A stretch of 64,000 nt of DNA from Macrostomum lignano (Eukaryota): positions 186,001 through 250,000 of the forward strand of contig NIVC01001267.1 in the NCBI GenBank assembly GCA_002269645.1, written 5' to 3'. The notes under the pieces were generated by a model. It had not been told where the DNA came from and did no database searches. It was given only the letters and a program-made list of their open reading frames with translations. Below are positions 11,935 through 30,400 of this stretch, in pieces (position 1 is the stretch's first letter; each line of letters opens with the position of its first letter). A program made the translations under genes and the position numbers.

Positions 11935-13350
11935 GCGATTCTCAGGGGTGATTCATGGCGATTCTCATGGGTAGCTCAGGACCGATTCTCATGGGTGATT
12001 CATGGCGATTCTCATGGATGATTCAGGACCGATTCTCATGGGTGATTCAGGACCGATTCTCATGGGTAGTTCAGGACCGATTCTCATGGGTGATTCAGGA
12101 CCGATTCTCATGAGTGATTCAGGACCGATTCTCATGGGTAGTTCAGGGCGATTCTCATGGGTGATTCAGGACCGATTCTCATGGGTGATTCAGGACCGAT
12201 TCTCATGGGTAGCTCAGGACCGATTCTCATGGGTAGTTCAGGGCGATTCTCATGGGTGATTCAGGACCGATTCTCATGGGTGATTCAGGACCGATTCTCA
12301 TGAGTGATTCAGGACCGATTCTCATGGGTGATTCAGGACCGATTCTCATGGGTAGTTCAGGACCGATTCTCATGGGTGATTCAGGACCGATTCTCATGGG
12401 TAGCTCAGGACCGATTCTCATGGGTAGCTCAGGACCGAGTCTCATGGGTGATTCAGGACCGATTCTCATGGGTAATTCAGGACCGATTCTCATGGGTGAT
12501 TCAGGACCGATTCTCATGGGTAGCTCAGGACCGATTCTCATGGGTGATTCAGGACCGATTCTCAGGGGTAGCTCAGGACCGATTCTCATGGGTGATTCAG
12601 GACCGATTCTCATGGTTAATTCAGGACCGATTCTCATGGGTAATTCAGGACCGAGTCTCATGGGTGATTCAGGACCGATTCTCATGGGTGATTCAGGACC
12701 GATTCTCATGGGTAGCTCAGGACCGATTCTCATGGGTAGCTCAGGACCGAGTCTCATGGGTAGCTCAGGACAGAGTCTCATGGGTGATTCAGGACCGATT
12801 CTCATGGGTAGTTCAGGACCGATTCTCATGGGTAGTTCAGGACCGATTCTCATGGGTAGTTCAGGACCGATTCTCATGGGTAGCTCAGGACCGAGTCTCA
12901 TGGGTGATTCAGGACCGATTCTCATGGGTAGCTCAGGACCGATTCTCATGGGTAGTTCAGGACCGATTCTCATGGGTAGCTCCGGACCGATTCTCATGGG
13001 TAGCTCCGGACCGATTCTCATGGGTAGCTCAGGACCGAGTCTCATGGGTAGCTCCGGACCGATTCTCATGGGTAGCTCAGGACCGATTCTCATGGGTAGT
13101 TCAGGACCGATTCTCATGGGTAGTTCAGGACCGAGTCTCATGGGTAGCTCAGGACCGAGTCTCATGGGTGATTCAGGACCGATTCTCATGGGTAGCTCAG
13201 GACCGATTCTCATGGGTAGCTCAGGACCGATTCTCATGGGTAGCTCAGGACCGAGTCTCATGGGTGATTCAGGACCGATTCTCATGGGTAGCTCAGGACC
13301 GATTCTCATGGGTAGCTCAGGACCGATTCTCATGGGTAGCTCAGGACCGA
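11935..13350. repeat. 24-bp minisatellite GATTCTCATGGGTAGCTCAGGACC, ~58 copies, just 3' of the GADD45-like stop
   Basis: Explains the MRIGPELP/MGSSGPIL ORFs. Confidence 0.97.
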
Positions 13351-13426
13351 TCTAACAGACGATATGCTAAGTCCCCTGAAAATGACTCCTACAGTAAAAG
13401 CATCAGCAAAGGACCAGCCGGTCCCC

Positions 13427-17007
<3,581 letters not shown>

Positions 17008-18269
17008 TTCGCTTGGATTCGAAAGTCGCGTCAAAATTACTTAAGACAGAGTCTCCTTAGAGACTGCAGTCTAAAAGCGGAAACGTTGAACCGGTCTTTA
17101 ATAGATTTCTTTCTGGTTGATTTGTTACAGCGGCTTATCGGCGGCTGAAATTATTACCAATTAGACGGGAACGATGTAGGAAGAATTTTCTAATCAAGGT
17201 TTCAAATGTTTTATTACAGCGCTGTGCTTTTCTCTGCCACGCCGCAGTTTCATGCGTTTTATAATATAATCGCTTCACTGCCAGTCAGAAATTGGATTTC
17301 CCGTGGGTTTTCCGGAAAAATTAGGACAGAAGAGTGAAGAGGTATCGGGAATGTACACACCCGCAAATGTACATTGAACTTGTTTTATTTCTCTCCCCCC
17401 CATACGCGAGGCCCATAAAACCTACACCCCTCCAACGAAAGCCTCCTGGCTTGGGCCGCTCTATTTGTTTAACTAATGGGTGGGGAAATGGGTTCCAGGG
17501 CAGAGATTTCTAACCGTGACTGAACAACCCAACTAAGTACATGGGGGTCGGGGGAATGTGTTCCAGGGCAGAGATTCCTTGGCCGCAACTCAACACTAAC
17601 TGAACTAACTGTACAAAGGCATTCCAATGGTTAAGTTATCTATCTACACCTAGGCAACGTGCGTACGTTATATGTAAACAGAAAACTAAAACAGGTTTTC
17701 AATATATTTCATTTACTGATTCTATGACCTGATAATACAAAACTTAGCCATTTTTGTTATATATTGTGACACAAATAATTTCTAATAATTATACTACATT
17801 AGTACTACTAGTCAAGTGAAAATAATTAAGGCAAACAGAAGTCATACTGATTCATTACGTCACAGGGTCTACAATTCACGTGAATCGTATATAATTATAT
17901 ACGGCAGCGGCGACTGTTTCTTATGTTTCAAATTTAGTAGGTTTTTTCAACAAATATTAATTGGTACACACGAATGCAAATACAATGGTTGCTGCTTTGC
18001 AGGGCTGTTTTACCACAACTATATAAACGATCGGATTAGTGTAAGCTCAGCGGGCTACACAAGCATACATATGCTAGTATTTCAAACAAACAATACATAC
18101 AAAAGATGACTGTCTGCTACAAATAGTTTTTGAATAAATTTTGAAGTTGCAAGCAGATTTAGGACTTACGCAAGTTCAACGATTTCCCGACCAAAGTATT
18201 ACATTTTGAAGAATAAAAAATGAGAGCAAATGAAAACGTAATTAATGCACTTCTGATAAGCGATGATCT

Positions 18270-19020
18270 TGAGTGTTGGGATTAGGGAGAACATAAATTT
18301 GGGATTAGAGATATTAGTGTTGGGATTAGGAGAACATAAAGTTGGGATTAGGGATATTACAGTGTTGGGATTAGGGATATTACAGTGTTGGGATTGGGGA
18401 TATAATAGTGTTGGGATTAGGGATATTACAGTGTTGGGATTGGGGATATAATAGTGTTGGGATTAGGGATATAACAGTGTTGGGATTGGGGATATAATAG
18501 TGTTGGGATTAGGGATATTACAGTGTTGGGATTAGGGATATAATAGTGTTGGGATTAGGGATTTAATAGTGTTGGGATTAGGGATATTACAGTGTTGGGA
18601 TTATTGATATTAGTGTTGGGATTAGGGATATAACAGTGTTGGGATTAGGGATATTACAGTGTTGGGATTAGGGATATTACAGTGTTGGGATTAGGGATAT
18701 AACAGTGTTGGGATTAGGGATATTACAGTGTTGGGATTAGGGATATAACAGTGTTGGGATTAGGGATATAACAGTGTTGGGATTAGGGATATTACAGTGT
18801 TGGGATTAGGGATATTACAGTGTTGGGATTAGGGATATTACAGTGTTGGGATTAGGGATATAACAGTGTTGGGATTAGGGATATAACAGTGTTGGGATTA
18901 GGGATATTACAGTGTTGGGATTAGGGATATTACAGTGTTGGGATTAGGGAGAACATAAAGTTGGGATTATAGATATTACAGTGTAGGGATTAGGGATATT
19001 ATATAATGCTGGGATTAGGG
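18270..19020. repeat. 23-bp minisatellite CAGTGTTGGGATTAGGGATATTA
   Basis: Tandem; most units contain TTAGGG. Confidence 0.95.
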
Positions 19021-19807
19021 ATAAAGGAGCACAATCGAGAGTTGGGATATTTTAGCTTTGGGATTTATAACGGCTTAACTTACTAATCTACCTAGCCATT
19101 AAAAAAGCGATATTTTTATTCAAGATGCAAACTAATAACTAAGACGCCAAATTAATTGATATTAATAAATAACGGATTAGAACATTAATTTATACAGATA
19201 GAAACGATATTTTTTAATTATTTTCAGGAATAGCAGTTACGTATTATAAAAATACAACAGCAGGCAAAGATGAATGCAAAAAAAACTAAATTTTGAAACT
19301 TGCATAGCAGTGCAGTAGAATAAGAATGCTTAGATTAGTTATTAGTTACCATAGCTATACATTTAGGAAAAAGACACCCAAGCCCAGCAACTACGGGTTT
19401 AATTAAAAGTACAAAAATGAACGCACAACTTATTTAAGCCTCTGTAAGTATTAATTAAATCTTAGTAAACGCAGCTTAAAAGAGGCTAAAGGATCTAAAG
19501 GAATAGAGAATTATTGGGATAAATTCAGGATCATAGGGATAAGTTGAGGATCATAGGGATAAAATGGGTATTAGTGGGATGAACAGAGAATTAACGGGAT
19601 AAATTGAGGATTAATGGGATATTTGAGGTCATAGGATAACATTGTAGGGCATACGAAAGGGCTACTATAGGGACAAAAAATTCCCCAAACTTTCATTGTG
19701 CCTTAAACTGATACCAAAAGTACATTTAGTTGGGTTCAAAGTAATAAAACAACAACTAGGCCAAGATTCTATTTATAAAAATTACTACTACCCAACCAGA
19801 CTGCATA

Positions 19808-19813
19808 TTTTAT
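19808..19813 (-). promoter_or_regulatory. Candidate AATAAA poly(A) signal for ACIN1
   Basis: TTTATT on + strand, 38 nt past the stop. Confidence 0.55.
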
Positions 19814-19850
19814 TACTAAAGCATTATTTATGACTCATATCGCATCTTTT

Positions 19851-21366
19851 TTAGCGACGGTTCCGCCTGTCGCGGTCTCGATCGCCTCCTCGACTGCGGC
19901 TTCGGCTGGTGCGGCCGCGTCTGCCCGCGGCGTTGCCGCCGGCGCCGGCGCCCAAGTTAAGCCGGGTATAGCGCCGCTGGCCAGTTGGCGCCGCCGCCGC
20001 AGATCCGGCAGCGTTGTCGGCTTCTTTCGATTGGCGTTGGCGATTCTTCACCTGGAGATTCGATTGGGATTTGGAAAGTGAATTTAGGCATTTTCGATTG
20101 AAAGATTTGGGGATTTCTGAATTGGGAATTTTGGTATTTCTAAATGGGGAATTTTGGGATTTTGGATTAGGGAATTTTGGGATTTCTGAATGGGAAATTT
20201 GGGTATTTCTGAATGGGAAATTTGGGGATTTATGAATGGGGAATTTGGGTATTTCTGAATGGGAAATTTGGGGATTTATGAATGGGGAATTTGGGTATTT
20301 CTGAATGGGAAATTTGGGGATTTATGAATGGGGAATTTGGGTATTTCTGAATGGGGAATTTGGGGATTTATGAATGGGGAATTTTGGTATTTCTGAATGG
20401 GGAATTTGGGGATTTCTGAATGGGGAATTTGGGGATTTCTGAATGGGGAATTTGGGGATTTCTAATTGGGGGATTTTGGGATTTCTGAATGCGGAATTTA
20501 GGGACTTCTGAATGGGGAATCTGGGGATTTCCGATTTGGGAATGAGGCTCAGATTTAAGAATCAGGAGTAACGGAGTAAGGAATATCGCATATTATAAGC
20601 AGTATAACTTCTTGTAATTTAAAAGAGGAATTTCTGCGACAATAAGAAGCTGGTATATTTTAGGAACTGACGCCACACTTCAGTCTTAGACTTTGCGTAA
20701 AATAAAATTGAAAAGCATCTGAAGCAAACAAGCACGTCCTTCATAGACGGCAACTATATATGAAGCATTATGACTCATTTAGTGCCCAGTGCAAGCAGAC
20801 TTAAAGGGAAAGCATAATTTACTCAGCCAGTTGTACTACACCCAGTCTAGATACAGAAGAAATCACACGAGCTGCAGTCGTGTTAAAACAAAAATACAAT
20901 TTCTTTTTATAGACACGCTAGAAGAATCCAGGGTGAAAAAACGTTAATTTAAGCGGGGCAGAAATTAAGCTATTTGAAGGCTTGCTTTTTAGTGTCTATG
21001 GCCCAAAAAGGGGGGTTCTGTGGAGCTTCTAATTAAGGACTGTACTTTTAGCTTTTGAAAGCCTAACTGAGAATAGTCTATGGGCCATAGACTGCAAAAG
21101 CCAGGCAAAGCGATAAAAAGCCATAGACAACTTAGACTAAGGCCCATAGACTACGCGGGCAGCGTATGGAGGATTTTCAGCATGACAAAAGCACCTCGCT
21201 ACCATAGACAAAGCTTCTGATCTGATTTGATTAGATTTTATATATTGGCATTTTCGTAATTCATTTCTGAAAAAAAAGATATTTTTAGACACTGACGAAA
21301 TAATAAAATGAAATTAAAAAAAACCGATGATGCTTAAGGCAGCCGCATCTTAGGCGACCCTGGACC

Positions 21367-21406
<40 letters not shown>

Positions 21407-24400
21407 GGCAGTATTAAGCACAATCACGTGATTAAAACCAACTATACGCATGTTCAACGAAACCATGATACCGGCGTAATAAATAGTGACAATCAGGTGA
21501 CTGTCCCCAGCTGTCCTCAAAGGGGTCCATCCAGGGTCCAAGAATTGTACCCCAAAAGTTGGCGTTATAACATAGCCCTTGGTATTTTCTCTTTTCAGAA
21601 GCTAAATATAGAACATGCACAAATCGGAGTTGCTAGGAGTTGCTTTTGTTTGCTAGGACCAGAGGCACTCTTAAAAATCTGTTGGGCACGTGGCAAGATT
21701 TGCTTCTAGGGGTAAAATGACAGAATTTTTTTTTCTAGTTCCAGATAATGCCTAATATTCTACCGCTTGGAAATGATTTTATCTAATAAGAATTATTAAA
21801 GCTTATAAAGCGCTGAACAAAGTAACATGAGGTTTGCTAATGGGAAAGAAGATTTTCTACAAGGGAATAAGAAAAGTAAGGAATTCGAATGAGGATTATG
21901 GGGTTTCAAATCAGGATTCGGGATCTCTAACGGGGATTAGGGATTTCTATTGAGGATAAAGGATTTCTAATGGGGATTAAAGAATTCGAATGAGGATCAT
22001 GAAGTTTCAAATCAGGATTAGGGATCTCTAACGGGGATTAGGGATTTCTATTGAGGATTAAGGATTTCTAATGGGGATTAAAGAATTCGAATGAGGATCA
22101 TGAAGTTTCAAATCAGGATTAGGGATCTCTAACGGGGATTAGGGATTTCTATTGAGGATTAAGGATTTCTAATGGGGATTAAAGAATTCGAATGAGGATC
22201 ATGAAGTTTCAAATCAGGATTAGGGATCTCTAACGGGGATTAGGGATTTCTATTGAGGATTAAGGATTTCTAATGGGGATTAAAGAATTCGAATGAGGAT
22301 CATGAAGTTTCAAATCAGGATTAGGGATCTCTAACGGGGATTAGGGATTTCTATTGAGGATTAAGGATTTCTAATGGGGATTAAAGAATTCGAATGAGGA
22401 TCATGAAGTTTCAAATCAGGATTAGGGATCTCTAACGGGGATTAGGGATTTCTATTGAGGATTAAGGATTTCTAATGGGGATTAAAGAATTCGAATGAGG
22501 ATCATGAAGTTTCAAATCCGGATTATGGATCTCTAACGGGGATTAGGGATCTCTAATGAGGATTTATGATTTCTAATGGGGATTAGAGATCTCTAATGAG
22601 GATTAATGATTTCTAATGGGGATTAGAGATCTCTAATGAGGATTAAGGATTTCTAATTGCGATTAGGGATCTCTAATGAGGATTTATGATTTCTAATGGG
22701 GATTAGGTATCTCTAATGAGGATTAAGGATTTATAATGAAGATTAAGGATTTTTAAGAGGGATTAAGGATATCTTATAGGGATTAGGGATTTCTAATCCC
22801 ATTAAGGATTTTAATGGAAATTAAGGATTCTAACGAGACTTAAAGATTTCTAATGGGAGTAGGAATTGTTATTTATAGGCAGCAGAAGGATGACAAGCAA
22901 GAACACAAATAACAACTGTTCACTCTCACCTGTTCGTCGTTCAGCGGCATCCAGTAAATGAACGGAGTGGTGCAGGTTTTACGAAACAGCTGATCGAGAA
23001 GCGTGCCCGGCTCAGCGTCTTCTGTTGATAAACAGGCATGGTGAGAGGTAATTAGTCACGTGATACAGCTCACAGCTTATACTAGGCTCGGCTCTAAGAA
23101 TGGGGCTAGGGAACCTGCTTGACGTAGAAGTAATAGAAAAAGGTCAGAGAGGGGTTATGACACTAAACTGAGGTCAGGGAGGGGTTATGACACCAAACTG
23201 AGGTCAGGGAGGGTTTATGACACCAAACTGAGGTCAGGGAGGGGTTATGACACCAAACTGAGGTCAGGGAGGGGTTATGACACCAAACTGAGGTCAGGGA
23301 GGGTTATGACACCAAACTGAGGTCAGGGAGGGGTTATGACACCAAACTGAGGTCAGGGAGGGGTTATGACACCAAACTGAGGTCAGGGAGGGGTTATGAC
23401 ACCAAACTGAGGTCAGGGAGGGGTTATGACACCAAACTGAGGTCAGGGAGGGGTTATGACACCAAACTGAGGTCAGGGAGGGGTTATGACACCAAACTTA
23501 GGTCAGGGAAGGGTTATGACACCAAACTGAGGTCAGGGAGGGGTTATGACACCAAACTGAGGTCAGGGAGGGTTATGACAGCACTCACTTTCAGCCTTCT
23601 TGTCGCCAGCCGAATTAGTTGAAGATTTCCGCCTCCGCCGAGGCTCTCTGGCGTCCTCGCTGCTGCTGTCCTCAATCTCGACCACCTCATCATCGCTAAC
23701 GTCGCGATCATTAGCAGCGCCAACCTGATCAGCCTCATCAGCTTTGAGCGCATCCTCACCAAGTCTGGACGCCTTCAACAGCCGCCTTGGCACCGACTGC
23801 GCCGTGTCGCCGTGCTGCCTCGCCCAGTCCATCTCAGACTGGCAAGCGAAATCGACTTTCAAAGCGCGCGAATTACCCTTAGGCCAACGACAATTGTCTA
23901 GGGCTTCGCGTACTTTTTTAGCCTCTTCAATAGAATTGAAATGAGCGTAGCAGCGAGTTTTGATTCGGTCTAGCCAGACAGGATCAGGCTGGACAGGCTT
24001 ATCCGTACTGTTATTGGCAGCTGCAGTTTTGTCATCGTCTGCATCAGAGGGGTTTGCAGCATCAGCCGATGCCGTCTCAGACGTTGTCGCCGCTGCAGAC
24101 GGCGGGTCTGGAGATTTGAGCTGGCCATAGCGAGTCAGCAGTTCACGCAGCTGCTGGGGCGTGAATGGCCTGACTAGGCCGGTCACCTTCAGCACCTGAA
24201 ATGAGGGAGGGGGGGGGGCAGCGATGCAATTGAAGAAAATTGCCTCTGATGGATTTCTCTCGGAAAAACTGCCTCTCTCACCAACGATTTCAGAGCGAAA
24301 ATCTCTACCTTAAGTGTAAGGTAGAAAAAATAATTAGAAAATCGCCCAATTTATAATTCCTCTGTGAAAATCGCCCCCTATCAATGATTTCCTGAGAAAA

Positions 24401-27400
24401 TCGCCAACTCCCCATAAATAATTCCTCCGAAAAAATCGCCTCAAATCAATGATTCCTCTGAAAAAATCGCCCCAAATTAATCAATGATTCTTCTGAAAAA
24501 ATCTCCCCTCCCCATCAATAATTCCTTCGGGAAAATCGACTCCAATCAATGATTCTTCTGTGAAATTGCCTGAGCAATAATTTTAAAAAACTATTCTGCA
24601 GAAAGACTACAGTACATAAAGGTTTTTTAAGCTACTTAGTAAGTAGTATACATGGATAACTTGCTTTGTATCGGCTGTTCAGTCTAAAAATTCTCTATTT
24701 TAACTGTTTAATTAACTGTAAAGGTCAAAGTTCAAAAAATCGACACGCATCCTCACCTCGGTCTCCTTATTCTCCGAATCTCGAGTCGGACCCACTCGAA
24801 TCGGCTCGTCAACCTGATAGTCCACCACTTTAGTTCGACGAATCACCTGACGTTTCTGAGACGGCGATCTCGAAGCATCGCGTTGACGCCGACGCAGGCT
24901 CAACAGCTGCTGGTTGGCGTCGTACACTTCGCCTTCCTCCAGATCTCCATTGCCGAGGTCATGACTCTCGCCGTTGGTGGCCGTCGCCGCCAGGGTGTCG
25001 GAGCCGGCACCGTCGACGCTGGCTGGTCGACCGTTCCGAAGCCGGGCTTTGAGCTCAGCTCTGCAGTCTGGGAGCAGCTTCTGTAGTAAGGGATGCAGTA
25101 AGCAGCTGAGGATCTGGGAGGCTGGACTAGCAACTGACACTCTGGGAGGCTGCACCAGTAACTGAGGATCTGGGAGACTGCACCAGTAACTGAGGAGCTG
25201 GGAGGCTGGCATAGCAACTGACACTCTGGGAGACTGGCGCAGTAACTGACACTCTGGGAGGCTCGCCCAGCAACTGAGGATCTGGGAGGCTGGCCCAGCA
25301 ACTGAGTGTCTAAAACGTTCAGGTTAAACTAACGAAAGGCGGGAAGGCATTAGTAGTAACTATGCAACAATTCAAACTCACGTCCAAAACTTTCGATGTG
25401 ATCAGAGGCAGAGGAGTTGCGGCATTTGCAGCGGTGGCCGACGCTGCGCTACCATTGCTCTGCTGTGTCTGCTGCTGCGACTGCTTCTTCAAGCCCCATG
25501 CGCCTCGACGCTGACGCGGTTTACGTTGTCGGACTTCTATCGACGGCAGAGTGGGCGGGACGGGGTGGGGCCGTGCGTACATTGCGGGAAGTGAGGTGGG
25601 GCTGTGCGTACATTGCGGGAAGTGAGGTGGGGCTGTGTGTACATTGCGGGAAGTGAGGTGGGGCTGTGTATACATTGCGGGAAGTGAGGTGGGGCCGTGC
25701 GTACATTGCGGGAAGTGAGGTGGGGCTGTGTGTACATTGCGGGAAGTGAGGTGGGGCTGTGTGTACACTGCGGGAAGTGAGGTGGGGCTGTACGTACATT
25801 GCGGGAAGTGAGGTGGGGCTGTGTGTAAATTGCGGGAAGTGAGGTGGGGCTGTACGTACATTGCCGGGAGTGGGGGGGGGGGCTCTGCGTACATTGAAAT
25901 AAAATAGTATAAAATATTTCTCACCAGCTACATCGATTTCGGTTTTCTTAGCAGGAGGTTCACCGTCTTCGCCCTCCCCTTTTTGAGAAGCGACCTTATT
26001 CCTAGTAGGACTGTCAGACTTTGAACATGCGGTTGTGGATACTGATTTAGCTGCAGCTGATGAGCGCTTCTCGCCTCTGCTCTGATGTCCCTGGAATTAA
26101 TTAATTTTATTAATTGACTGAGGCAGGATTAGACATGTACTAGGAAGCTTCAAACATAGTAGGTTATAAAGATACTGGATGACAGATGCACTATAGAAAC
26201 CGAACGTAAAATTAATCATTTGACATTGGGATACATTTTTCATTGGATAGGATTTTTTGTTGTTAAAGATTGGGATAATCGTTGCCATGGATTTGGATAC
26301 CTTGTTGCTATGGCATGGGGATCCTTGTTGCTATGGGATTGGGTGTCTTGTTGCTACGGGATGGGATCCTTGTTGCTATGGGACTGGGTGTCTTGTTGCT
26401 ATGGGATGGGATTCTTGTTGCTATGGGACTGGGTGTCTTGTTGCTATGGAATGGGATCCTTGTTGCCATGGAATTGGATACCCTGTTGCTATGACATGGG
26501 GATCCTTGTTGCTATGGGACTGGGTGCCTTGTTGCTATGGGATGGGATCCTTGTTGCTATGGGACTGGGTGTCTTGTAGCAAATGGGATCCTCGTTGCCA
26601 TGGGATGTCTTGTTGCTATGGGACGGGGGATACTTGTTGCCATGGCATGTCTTGTTGCTATGGGACGGGGGATACTTGTTGCCATGGGATGTCTTGTTGC
26701 TATGGGACGGGGGATACTTGTTGCCATGGTATGTCTTGTTGCTATGGGACGGGGGATACTTGTTGCCATGGAATGTCTTGTTGCTATGGGACGGGGGATA
26801 CTTGTTGCCATGGAATGTCTTGTTGCTATGGGACGGGGGATACTTGTTGCCATGGGATGTCTTGTCGCTATGGGACGGGGGATACTTGTTGCCATGGCTT
26901 GGGATTATAATTGCTATGGTATGAATTATAAAGTTTGAAGAGAGGCATTTAGCGCTGTCACAAATCATTGATCAAGCCAGCAGCCACGCACATTCCACAC
27001 GCTCACACAGGGTGCACAGCGGACCTTGACTTTTAACTCTGTGCCCCCTGGGGATTGGAGCTAACCGACTCGGAAGAAAATAAAGCAATGGAAACTGGGA
27101 TTCCAAATCAAAACTCGACCCCAATACCCACCGCCTCCTTAGCAGCGGCCCGACCCTTGGAACTGTTCAGCTCGTCGTCCGACATGTCGGCGTGAATGTC
27201 GAGATTGTCGGCGGCGTTGCCGCCTCTGTCCTGATCTTCGCCTGCCACGTCGTCATCGGAGTACACCAGCTGCTCCTCGCCGATGCCCGCCATGCTGCCG
27301 CCATCACGAGACGTAGCCGTGTGAAATGAGGCCCCGGTACTATTGGGACTCAATACTGAGGTTGCTATGGCAACGGCTGGAGTGGCTTCAGTGTCGACGG

Positions 27401-30400
27401 CGGCGGCGGCGCCGCTACTGTCATCTTCTTCGCTGGCGCAAAAAGAAGACTGCAAATGAACAAAGACAGTTTAGAAATAGGGTTTCAAAAGTATCAATAA
27501 TTGCTATTTTTCTTAATGACTACTTCTCTAGCGTAAGTAGGCTGGTCAGTAAATTTTTTAAAAGATTTTGAAGGAAATGTTAAATAAGACACCTGGATTG
27601 CATACAAGAAACTCAATTGGATGAGTCGTTTAATATTCTGGAATCTTTAAGGTGTATAATAATCTTTTTTCCCTAAGCCTTTCATTAATTATTACAAGTA
27701 ATAATGTAAGTTGCCTCGATTGTACAATAATAACAAAATAAGCTAGAATATTGTGGATATTAGTACTAGTATAATAGAACATAAAAAACTCAAAGATTGT
27801 GTCATCTTTAGAGGCCAATTTTTAAGAAAAAATATAGTATAAATATAAGCAAAAATAATTTTAAAGTTATATAACTGATTGTATATTTATGCATATAGGA
27901 ACCAATATTTAGTAAAATAGAATTATACCTAGAATAGCGACTAAAAATTACTTACATGCAACATAAACACATGAATAAGTATATGAATACATGTTAGCAT
28001 TTGTATCTGCACACTTGCATATGCTTGTTCTCTTCAATCCTAGCCTAGTACAATGCTGCAACAAACAATTTTGTGGGTCTAAATCTCAAAGAGAATTCAA
28101 TAATAGACCTAGGCAGGTATGGCTAGAGCAAAGCTATGAGAGAAGCAAGGAGGGCAATTGAATACTTTTGGGAAGGCATTGTCTTCTTAATATTAATTGG
28201 CTTATTGAAAATATAGTAGGGCATAATTTAGGAAGGGATAATATTTGCTTTTACACTACCGACAGTAGTTTTCAGTTGCATAAATATTAGTAAATAGTTG
28301 GGGTTATACAGGATTATTTAAAAATAAAAAGCAGCTGAGCTCTTAAGAAAACATCCATTTGCTATCTTTTTGTCTTAGGAAAGTTCAACCAAAAAGTATC
28401 AAGGTAAGGAAAATAAGTGACCAATATAGACAAATAGCTAATATTGCATAAGAGTCTTGCCTTGACTAAACTGGGAATCTTGCCCAATGCATAGTAGAAA
28501 TGGAAACAACTAAGACAATATATTGTAGAGCACCTTTTTATATTGACATTTAACTACATTCTGCTTTAACAAATTAAAATATATACTCGTATTGGTGTCT
28601 TGTCTTACTTCTTTATCTGTTAAATATTAGGATTAAGAAGTATTAGGATACCTGGTAGCAGCAACTTACCAAAAGCAAACCAATTAAATTCCTAAAGAAT
28701 ATTTATAATAAACTAGTACTTTTAGCCTAAATTACAAGGTTGAAAACTGCATAAGTATTGAAAAGTATTGAAATAATTAGAAAATTGGAAGTATTTTATA
28801 TACTTTAAGTTCAAGTTATAGGATTTTTTGAAATTTTGAACTTTATAAGAATTGTCTTATTGCTAAATGCTAGATACCAAATCATTATTGTATTGTTTCT
28901 TTTGCTAGGCTTTTTACAAAGCCAATTCAAGTAAGACTAGACTTAAAGTATTAAATTGATTTTTAATATAAGAATAATAAAAAATTATAGCATACAAGAA
29001 TTATTTTTAATCAACATCTCTAGCCATAGCTATATTGAATTTTACCATGCTATCTTTATAGACACAGTTTGTTTTTTTAGATAGTCAAATCTTTATATTC
29101 ATTATTCTAGAATTTTTTGTAGCAATATTACAAAATGACAAAATTGTTGCAAATATAAATGATATCTCTATCAATAATATTATTAAATGAATATTTGCTA
29201 TACTATGTTTGTCTATTTATTTAACCAAAAATCTTTTCTATAACAACCTTTTAGATAAGCATAGAATGGCTAGTGAGGTTTTGTGATTTAGTATACAATT
29301 AATATTAATATTTTTATAGTAAATTAAATTAGGTGCTCTAAAATCTCTATAATCTATCACTATAGTCACCATTAGGCAAGTAGGCCTATTTTTACTAGAG
29401 ACAAGGTATGAAATCTTACCTTATGCATAACTTTAGGATATAATTTAAGGGCTCAGAAGACATTATTTTATTTTACTATGCCATTTTTTACATTTTTTGT
29501 TTTGAGATACCATATAAAAATTCTCTGTGGCAATTTTCTAGCCATTTAGTTATCATTATAGTTAGACTTATCACCAGAGAAGATATGTAAGACTCAATCA
29601 ATACTGCTACAATTACAATAAAGATCATATTTGAACTACTAGTCTAAGAAATCATCAAATGCAACTAGGCCACAGCCAGGAAGACGGTAGAATCCTCGGA
29701 ATTTTCCGGCGCAAATCAACAATTTGCCGGCGCACGGCGCACACTTCACTGCGCCGCGCGCATGGGCTCGGCGCATCGGCACATGGCTTGGTGCATCGGT
29801 GCATGGCTCGGCGCATGGCGCACAAGGTACGTCAATGTACGTGACAATATAATAATGAATAATAAAAAAACGTATATTAAATGTCAATCAATCAATAAAA
29901 AAACGATAGTCGATACGATAGTCGTTATTTCCAATGTTGTTTCTATTTCAAATTTCATTAATCGACTTAACAAACTTAACGAATTTGCGCCTTTCGCGGC
30001 TTTTATTGCGTCTTTTTGCTTATATTTTGCAAATATTTTGCTTGAACTTCCATTGATACTGATTCAATTTAGATACTTAATACTTGATGGTGCTTTTTCA
30101 AGTGTATTTTTTGTAACGAAATGAATGCCGAGGACTGTCAGTTGAATTACCACGATCAGTCGAAAATGCCAAATCAGAGCCCGGCGAACTCTTACGAGCG
30201 ATATTTATTATATATTAGTTACATTGAGCAATAAAACAAACTACATTATAAAACAATTATGCAAAATTATATACATACACTAAAAAGTACAGTAAATGCA
30301 GAAACAGAATACAAATATCAAATACGAATAATAAGTGAGAAATAAGTACAAAATATGTTTCCTTTTAAAATAGATATGGAGATACATTACATTTTCTCGG

